From: Lama glama
Lineage: Eukaryota
Assembly: GCA_028534125.1 (NCBI GenBank)
Contig: CM052816.1
Coordinates: 20,896,001-20,960,000 of the forward strand
Direction: 5' to 3'
DNA: 64,000 bases
Shown: one piece after another, positions 55,195 to 64,000 of the stretch
Layout of the letters: each line of letters begins with the position of its first letter
Numbering within the stretch: the first letter of the stretch is position 1
Notes under the pieces: model-generated
The model's input: the letters and a program-made list of their open reading frames with translations, nothing else
What the model was told of the DNA's origin: nothing
Database searches by the model: none
Made by a program: the position numbers and the translations under genes

Positions 55195-55310
55195 GGGGGT
55201 GTGGGGTGGGTATAGCTCAGTGGTAGACTGCATGCTTAGCATACACAAGGTCCCCAGTACTTCCATTAAAAAAATAAATAAACCTAACTACTTCCCCTCC
55301 AAAAAAAATT
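55195..55310 (+). mobile_element. tRNA-derived SINE (Vic-1-like) lacking the B-box segment
   Basis: TATAGCTCAGTGGTAGAC...AAGGTC|CCCAGTAC; the CTGGGTTCAATC segment present in other copies is absent. Confidence 0.8.
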
Positions 55311-55490
55311 TTTTTAAGCCATACTGAAAAGGCAAAAAAAAATTTCCCCCCTTAGAATAGCCACAAATCTTCAGAGAAAAGACTGAATCTCAATTCCAGG
55401 AAAAGCAAGAGATTCCATTCTCTCCCCTCTTCTGACCCTGGATTGAGCTGTCTTGCAGTATTATGAAAACACGTTCACCAGCTTCTGCTG

Positions 55491-55652
55491 CAGGACCAGC
55501 TGCATAATGTATAGGGCCCAGAGCAAAATTAAAATGTGGGACTCTGTTCAAAAGCTACTAAGAATTTCAGGACAGCAATACCAAAGCATGGAACTCTTCT
55601 AAGCACAGGGCCCCGTGGACTGCACAGTTGCCAGCTCAGGAAGCAGACCCTG
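55491..55652. mobile_element. MER45A-like hAT MITE
   Basis: CAGG...CCCTG termini; internal GGGCCCAGAGCAAAATTAAAATGTGGG; flanks TTCTGCTG/TTCTGTGC. Confidence 0.7.
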
Positions 55653-56085
55653 TTCTGTGCTCCGCTCTCTAACCACAGGTGCGCATAAACAGGTCAGGGT
55701 CAGGGCAGGAAACAATCATCCTGACCAAAAGCAACCCAGTCCAGTGAGATGGAAATCTCCCTCCAATACATGCCTTTTACGTCTATCTTTCCTCCAGTTC
55801 TTTCAGATATCTTCCATAACTGGAAGACACTTGTGGGAGGCTTTTCTAGAATAAAGGAATAGTCTGTTTAAAGTCTTAGTGAAGTATTCATTCTTGCCAG
55901 CTAGACATTACTTGCAGCTTTCGCAAAAGTTTTAAATTTTTTTCAGCTTCCACCCATTAAGATTTACAACAGTTAAGTGTGAATTTTAGCCTTGGCCCTC
56001 TGGACAAAGCTGACAATCCCTCATGCCCATGGGCCTCAGTGGGAAAGAGCTACATTGGCTTGGTCTTACCATTGAAAAAGCAAGG

Positions 56086-56095
56086 TTTGTGTGTG

Positions 56096-56126
<31 letters not shown>
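56086..56126. repeat. (GT)n microsatellite, one interruption
   Basis: Read directly from the sequence. Confidence 0.95.
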
Positions 56127-57629
56127 AAAAGCTTTTAATTAACTCTTGTAGGCTTTCCAGGTGTGTATCCCAATTAATCACTAATAAGGTCATTTGCTTC
56201 CTGCTTTCTAGCTGTTACATCTTATTCTACCTCTTGCTTTTTCATATTTGCTATAGTGCAATTTCCTTAAAAAGTTGCTGACAAATAAATCTTAATTTTG
56301 TTTGGTGGGAAACTTGAAAACTGAAAACAAAGCTTATCTGGAAAAATAAATGCTTAGAAGCAATATAGAAAACAGAGGAAAAGAAGAATTTTTATGAGGG
56401 ACTTGCTTTATCAGATATCAAAATATCCTATAAAACTATGGAAGTTAAAGCAATACAAATACTGGCACAAATAGATCTTTGGAAGAAAATAGAATGTTCA
56501 AACTAATTAAATTTGTACATATTTAGTTATGAGGCAGTGGCATTTCAAGTCAATAAAAATGTGACAGATTATGTTACTAACTACTAAATGGTGTTTCAAA
56601 AACAAAAAGTAGTATTAAGAATATACCCATAGTTGTAATTGAAAAAATACAATAAAATACAAAAAATATTTTAAATAATTTGGGGACATAAAAGGCCAGT
56701 CTAAGCATGAGCCAAATCTAGGAACCCATAAAGAAAAAGAAAAATGCCCATATTATAATTTAATGCTGGGGTAGTAAATGATCTTTGTGATAAATGATCT
56801 AAGTGTTCACAAACAGGGTACTGGTTGGATAATTTATGAAATACCCATGCAATCCACATAACATAATATATAAAAAGAATCAATTGGATCTGTGATGCTG
56901 ATAGGGGAAAAGATGTCCCTAAGTACATTGAGGAATGAACAAAGCAAAATGAAAAACAGAAGAGATAGAATCCATTTTGTAAAGAACAAGACGTGCACAA
57001 AGGTCACATGACATCACCTTCTCTGACTCCTGATGCTAAATACTCTTTACCCCGACCCTGAATTATTTTTCTTTAAAGTATTTATGCTCGTTGGGCATTG
57101 CCTTTGTTCATTGTCTGTAGAAAGCTCCATGTGTATGAGGACTTTATTTGTTCAATGCTGTATCCTCAGTCCCCAAAACATTTTAGGTGTTTGATAAGCA
57201 TTAACTGAAAAAACCGGGGACCGAAAAACATAGATACATAAATATATTTCAAAAATTCTATGTTTCAAAGAATGTGGATTTAAGGGAATAAAATCTCCAT
57301 GATCTGACACCAAATGCTAAAATATCCTGAAATGGTTAAACATTTGTATAATCTTTCCAGTTGACAAAGCACCTTTACCTATGTAGTCTCATCTGACTTA
57401 CAGCTCACTAAACTCAAGTTTTTGAGTTGATGGTCTCAATCTTGTTTAACTCATTCCTTTTTATTTTGCTCTCCAAACTACTTCTAGTTTTCCGAACACT
57501 GCACAGTTTTATTCACCTACATATACAGTCATTTATATATAAATATAAATAAATATAGATAGCCAAATTCCTCATTTGGGAATGTTCTTCCCTGCCTTTC
57601 CACACAGTCTACGTGGACCCATCCTTCAA

Positions 57630-58400
57630 AACCTTTGTCAGATCGGACAACCGGCCTCACTCCTCTTCCTCAAACTATAGATCTAGGCGGGAGACAGCAT
57701 ACACAAGGCCCCCACCCACTACTTGCCCCCAAAGCTGCCCCAGAGGCTCCTGAGGCCCAACTGGCTCCGCCCACGCCTACGGTCGCAGGGGTTCGAAGTC
57801 CCCGCCCCCTCCGAAGAGTTTCCCAAAACCCAGCGCGGCGGGCCTCAGTCGTGCTAAGATGGCGACTCCCATGCATCGGCTCATAGCCCGGAGACAAGCG
57901 TGAGTGAAGGCCGGAGTCGGGCCGCGGGGCGGGCTGGGGGCGGGGAGAAGCGCGTCAGCCAGCGGATGTGCGGGCGCCGGGATCCGAGGCCGGTGTTGGA
58001 TCCTCCGTGTGGCCCGACAGAAGGTGACCATTTTTCTCGCACGTTGTCTGCCCGCAAGGGGCTCCGGCAATAAGTTTGATGTCTGTGGACTAGCGATTTC
58101 GTGGAAGACGGCTGCGTAAGGCCGCTGGGCGGGACCTAGGGGTGTCTGAGTAGAGTCTCGCGTTTGGTTCCCGCGAAGGGGACGCCCAGGGGTTGGTCGC
58201 TAAGTGGTTTATGCCCCTTTGCTAACACAGCAGCCCACCCGACGCGTGGCCGGGGGGAGCCTGAAACCCTCCTCCAACACCCCCTACTCCCGCCGACGTA
58301 AACCTTCAGCTTCCTGTGTAGCCTCCAGCCCAGCTGACTTTTCCTGCCCGCTTCCTATCGCCTTCCCGAGGAACAGCCTAACTACAACGCCGGCTTTTCT
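57630..58400. promoter_or_regulatory. CpG island / ZCCHC10 promoter with GC boxes and a YY1/TISU-like AAGATGGCG over the start codon
   Basis: CpG-rich segment around ZCCHC10 exon 1; CTCCGCCC and CCCCGCCCC boxes; AAGATGGCG at 57856-57864. Confidence 0.8.
57859..57899 (+). CDS. ZCCHC10: ZCCHC10 coding exon 1 (41 nt)
   Basis: ATGGCGACTCCCATGCATCGGCTCATAGCCCGGAGACAAGC = MATPMHRLIARRQA; donor GC|GTGAGT; inside CpG island. Confidence 0.93.
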
Positions 58401-58424
58401 CCCAAACTATCTTCTCACTTTCTG

Positions 58425-58860
58425 ACATTCATTCTCTTCAACAAATACTTATGCGTTACCTATCGCTCTGTGCCAGACTTTGGGTTTAAGGAAAAAGGTG
58501 TTCAAGACAGAATATTTGCTGTCAGGAAGCCTACGTTCTAGTGGTGAAAAGAGCCAATAGACTAAACATTTTAAGTAAAGTTGATAATAAGAGCTTTGAA
58601 GTAAACAAGAGGTGATCCAGGTTAGGATGGTTGGGCTGAAAAGTCATCTCTGAAGAAGTGGCATTTGAACACAGATCGGACGTGTAAGAAAGGTGCTAGT
58701 CATGAGAGGATCTGTGGAAAGAGCATCCAGACGGTGGCATTAATGCTTTAAGAGACAGGAAAGAACTTAGTTTTAAGAACCAGAAGATGGCCGTTGTGGC
58801 TAATGAGCGAGAGAGAGTAGCAGAAGAGGTTTGCTATGAACAGATAATGCAGGAGTTCAT
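58425..58860. mobile_element. L2 fragment in ZCCHC10 intron 1
   Basis: CATTCATTC...TTCAACAAATACTTAT...CTGTGCCAG, typical of an L2 3' end. Confidence 0.6.
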
Positions 58861-59904
58861 GCCAAATGCCTTGTTTTTGTAAAGCCTTTTTTTCTTCTAC
58901 CAAGCTGCAAAGCCAAACAATGTCTGCTACTTTTTCATTCTCTCAGCCTTTCATGACATCACCGTTTGTGTGTGTATAATATATCGGTCACAGTCTGCTC
59001 AAGTGTGTATTTTTTTTATATTTATATTTTTATTCTAAGAGCCCTGATCCTCCTCTTCCCCTTTTCATCAGACTCTACCTTTCATGCCTGATGAGAAGAG
59101 TTCCTTGAGCATAAGGATAAAGACTTAGGGAATCTGAGCAAGTGGTATGCTTGGTGGAGGAAGAAGGCTTTGAAGTCAGACAGTTCTGAGATCAAGAATG
59201 GAATGACAGTAATACTTAATAGATATGCTCATCATCATGTCCCCAGGGTAATCTCTAACTCTCAGGTTTGCTCTTTTGGGTATTGATTCTATACTTGGAA
59301 AGATTCACTCCTTTGGTCCTAAAGCGGCTGCAGTATTTAGCTTTATATCCTCTCAGCTTCAAGCTGATAGCATCTCATTGTCTAGATTGGGTTATATGCC
59401 CTATCCTGAACCATGTCTATGGGGTTATGAAGGTCTGATTGACTTAGATCTCATTCTCTTCTAGCATAATTGAATGGATCTTTATAAACCAATCATGGAT
59501 TCCAAGTAGGTAGGTCAGAGGAGGTAATGATTGCTAGATTGACAAAACCAACCAATGTCCACTGTAAATATGAAGTGAAAGTAAAACTTTTAGCACTTTT
59601 AGCATATTGCTATTTTTCATTGTAGAAGTATTACAAAGTTAAAAACATGTTTTATTTCTGGTATGCCTATATTTGGTACATGGGTTACTCAGAAGTCAAA
59701 GACAAATCATAACCTTAGGAGCTTCTGGTCTTACTGGAAAGAAAACATGGTGTATAATAACACCTGTCATGGTATACAGACTGTAAGTCTCCAGGGAGCT
59801 GGAGAGGGTGGGCCTTTAGAGGCAGGGGGTGTCCAGGAGAGTTGTAGGAATATTTTGGAGGGGAAAGCAGAAGAGGAGCCTTTACTTAATCAAAAATATT
59901 TCGT

Positions 59905-60110
59905 TTTATTTATAAAGAGCATATATCACGTCAATAAGAACAGGTTTCACAAGGACCTACTGTAAAGCACAGGAAACTAACTATATTCTGATAATGCAGA
60001 AGAATCTGAGAAAGAATATATGTATAACTGAATCACTTTGCTGGATGCCTGAAACTAACACAACATTGTAAATCAACTCTATTTCAATAAAAAGAAAAAT
60101 AAGTTTTAAA
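59905..60110 (+). mobile_element. L1 3' end
   Basis: GTATAACTGAATCACTTTGCTG...CCTGAAACTAACACAACATTGTAAATCAACT followed by A-rich tail. Confidence 0.75.
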
Positions 60111-60419
60111 CAACAAGTTATGAGAAGTGAGAAAGTAGTTGACGTTGTGTTTAAAAGTCTTTGGACTAAGGGAGGAAAGGGGGGAAATTTGAACTTCCCA
60201 ATTCAGCAGATCTTTTACGGACTTAACTTTGAATCAGAGTTAACTCAAACACAGTTATATGCAGAATGAGAAGAGTAGGACTGAAACCCAAATACTTGAG
60301 AAGTGGGTAACAGCCCTAATCCACTCTGAATGTGTTTAAGGCACTTGACCCAGGTGATTGCTCCCTGACACACCAGAGATTTTCTATGTGAGATTGCTGT
60401 ACTGCTGCTGGTAATCTGA

Positions 60420-60995
60420 GTAACTCTGGCAAACAGGAGGGCTGCTGAAAGGCTGGAAGTAGGCAAATGCTGCTTTGATTTTCAAAATGAGAAGGGTAGA
60501 TTTGACAAATTAGACCAGTAAACTAGACATCCATTCCAAGCAAAATTCTGACTGTGTTTATGAAATCCATTCAGCAAGAAAAGCCAAGTTCACCAGGTAT
60601 CAAATCATTACAAACTGATACCCTTATTGCCTTTTAGGTATTTGTATTTCAGTAAGGTATCTTGAAAAGCCACAATATCCTTGTGAACAAAACAGAATAA
60701 TTAGGTGGATCAGTTGAACATTATGGACAAAGAGTATTGTTTAATGGGTTGAAGTAAGTATATAGAAGTATCCTTGTGATGACCTGCAGGATTTAGTCCT
60801 CAGTTTGGTCTTGTTCAACATTTTTATAAATGACTTGGATGAGGACACGTGCATATTTATCAAACCCGCAGTTGACACAAAGCTGAGAGGGATAACTAAT
60901 ATAATTGATGATTGAATCTGGATCCAAAAAGGTCTTGACAGGCTGGAACTCTATGTTGAATCTAACAAGAAGAAATCTAACAAGGGTAAAAATAA
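60420..60995 (+). mobile_element. CR1/L3 LINE reverse-transcriptase remnant
   Basis: Frame from 60781 reads QDLVLSLVLFNIFINDLDEDTCIFIKPAVDTKLRG...IQKGLDRLE...NKKKSNKGK, matching the CR1 RT pattern QGSVLGPVLFNIFINDLD..FADDTKL. Confidence 0.8.
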
Positions 60996-62652
60996 GTATT
61001 GTAATAGCATTTTTAAAATTCTACTTCTAATTGTTTGTTGCTCATAAATTGACTTCTGCAACTTTATTAAACTCATTTATTAGTTCCAGTAGCTCTATTT
61101 TGGATTGTTAGGGATTTTCAAGATAAGTAATTCTCACTTATATTATCTGCTTTGTTTATTTGGCATGTACGCTTTTAAGATTTTTGTTACATATTACTAA
61201 ATAGCCCTTCAGAAAGTTTCTACAACTTACATTCTAACCAGCAGTTAAGAATGTATATCTTATTGTATTGAGAGTGCACATTCTCCACCATTTCCAACAA
61301 TAGGCTTAAAAAAACAGTTTTGCCAATATGGCAGGCATGTCTTAATATTTTAAGAATCAAAGAAGGTCACTTCACGTAAAAAGGCTGTACCGTTAAAACA
61401 CTTCTTAAGCCTTAGCTTAGGATATACAAATGGAATATTATTAAATAGGGTATTCATTTGGGTAGAAATAAACGCCAATCTTGTTTATTTTGAAATTATA
61501 GATCTGTCTGATACAGAATTCTCTAGATATAAGTATCTTTAGGAGTGATTAACTGATGTTTAGAACATCATAGATGGGCTTTAGATATTGGTGAATGTTC
61601 TATGTATAACAACAAAAAACAAACTCCACAGTGCTAGTAGAGAATACCTTTAATGGATGGGATCCCAAGTTATAAGTTTCTTAATATTGGGAAAACAGCC
61701 TGTAAATTGGAGAAGACAACTTTGTTTCCTTGGTTCTGAGAGGCTTCCAGATTCCCCCATATTTTCATTGTTAGGAAATATCATGAAAGGCTTTGAAATG
61801 GATTTCAGAAAAAAGATTACTGGGTGTTTTGTCTAGTCCACTCTTTATGGCTATGTGACTATGAGGGCCTGTGCTTCATTCTCTTTGAGCTATTTTAAAC
61901 TCTGTAAATTGGAGCAGGCTGGTAGAAAAGATTTTTTCCCATGAAAATGTGGTACAATTGATTCTTGCCCTTTGGCTGTTGTCCATTCTAATTATTCAAA
62001 AATGTTTTATCTGTAAATTCTCTTGGAATTTCTATGTACATAATACATCAGCAATGAAGAATGACAATTTTATTTTTTTCATTTTCAATTCTTTCACCTA
62101 TTTTACTTCATTCGCCACATCTTTTTTTTCCCCCACTTGCCACGTCTTAATCTAGTTTGAGGGATTGAGATTTTTCTTAGTCTCCTCAACGACTAGAAGG
62201 TGGGCTGCACTCCATATGCAATTGGTTAATTCTTAGGACATAGCCCTTCAGAGTCCTAACTCTGAATGCTTCATTTGTCTCCTTACTTGTTGTAAGTGAT
62301 GCTTAGTTACCCTCCTGAGTTGGGCAGACACCCCCAACACAAGAGTTGACTTAAATACAGGGCTGACCACTCTGGGTTCCTAGTTTCTTCCATATCTTGG
62401 CTTGGTTATTCTTTATCCCCTGTTAGTTCTCTGATGCCTCCAGCAGACTGTTAAAAATGTTTTTACTGTTTTTTCTAGTTTTGAGCTGCAGAGTTACCTA
62501 GTCTGCCATTTCTGAAATGGAATTGAGGAAAGATTTGAACTCAATTCTAACTCCAAGGTCCATGCTCTTAACCACTTATATTACCTTGTAATAAAAATCT
62601 AACAAATAATTTAAAGTGGAAAATTATGTTTATTTTTGAGTTGTAAGCATAA

Positions 62653-62907
<255 letters not shown>

Positions 62908-63004
62908 TAAGTTTACATATGATATCCCAAGGAATATTCATTTATATTTATAGAATTTATTAAGGAACTAAATATTTCATGGTGGTTATCCAGATTTAGA
63001 TTAT

Positions 63005-63255
63005 AATACTAGCTCATGTTTAATGAATGTTACTGTGTGCAAAGCACTGTCTAAGCTCTCTAGAAGTATTAGCTTATTTCAGCATCACATCTATGCCATT
63101 AGGGTAAGTACTATTATTATTCCCATTTCACATATGAAGAAATGAGGCATAGAGAGAGGTTCAGTAATTTGCTCAGTGTCACACAGCTAGTAAATAGAAA
63201 AGTTAAATGTTAAACCAACTAGCCTGTCTCCAGAGTCCATGCTCTTAATCACTTT
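63005..63255. mobile_element. MIR (further MIR remnants near 2495-2680, 9760-9930, 31870-32105, 32840-33010, 43110-43290, 48080-48285)
   Basis: MIR core ATTATTCCCATTTCACATATGAAGAAATGAGGCATAGAGAGAGGTTCAGTAATTTGCTCAG. Confidence 0.75.
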
Positions 63256-64000
63256 GCTTTATTTCCTCAACTGCCAGTGAAACAACAGCAGAATAGTAGG
63301 AGGTAGATTATATAAACTGATATGGAAAGATATCCAAGATAAGTATCCAGGATACTTACACTAAGTTTGTAAACTAGGTAGAGAACAGTATATGTGATTT
63401 ACTATCATTTATGTTAAGAGAGAAGGAAAAAGGAATAATGGACATTTTTTTTAAATACAAATAATTGATAATGGTAATTCTTTCCTAGAAGAAGAACTGG
63501 GTAGGAGAGAAACTGGAAAATTGTTATTTACCTTTTTATGCCCTTTGAATAAAGCTTTTTAAATTCCTGTGAAATAAGTAAGTATACATGTTCTAGAGAA
63601 ACTGAGATAGGAAAGTGTCAGTTCTACTTAGTGTTACATATTAGAAGCAGCATCTTCATGAGGACAGTTAGCTATATAATAGTGTCTTAAATATCTAGAC
63701 TTTCAAGGTAGCATTCTTCCCATTTGTGGACATGAACTCTCTTCAAGGGTTATATAGGAATAGCTAGGTAGTCAATTTCTAGATCATGAATATTCATATG
63801 TACTTTTTCTAAAAATAAATCTGTATGAGACCTTGCCTACTAGTCCTCCCTTTCTATTTCCCTTTCCCCAGCAACCCTTCTTTAATTTCACAAAAGAAAA
63901 ACATACCTCTCAACTATCTCTAATCTTACCTGGGTGTATTGTCCTCATGTGAAAAAACCTAGAGATTTTTCAAAATAGTGATGTTTGTAAGAAAGTGAAA

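Noticed and set aside
57635..58425. Cluster of overlapping ORFs at the ZCCHC10 CpG island
   Set aside because: GC-content artefacts; the real coding exon is the 41-nt piece at 57859-57899.

Overview
Mammalian genomic DNA, probably camelid (alpaca/camel), inferred from six copies of a Vic-1-like tRNA-derived SINE. The window holds a complete, intact HSPA4 gene (Hsp110 family, Apg-2) on the minus strand: 19 coding exons from ATG 38845 to TGA 1418, all GT-AG, summing to 2523 nt (840 aa plus stop). About 19 kb away, on the plus strand and oriented head-to-head, are the first two coding exons of ZCCHC10 (CCHC zinc knuckle); the rest of that gene is outside the window. Each gene has a CpG-island promoter. 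The remainder is intronic or intergenic DNA rich in L1, L2, MIR, CR1/L3, solo LTRs and DNA-transposon MITEs. Repeat family names come from recalled consensus sequences, not a database search. I found no convincing new multi-gene system. The most unusual observations are: (1) a 40-bp copy (37/40) of HSPA4 exon 12 inside HSPA4 intron 7, between two inverted L1 fragments; (2) a perfect 17-bp-arm palindrome inside a solo LTR; (3) a heat-shock element overlapping a perfect TCTCGCGAGA motif at the HSPA4 promoter; (4) a U27 tract just behind the weak exon-2 donor. Nearly all other short ORFs in the track are spurious.
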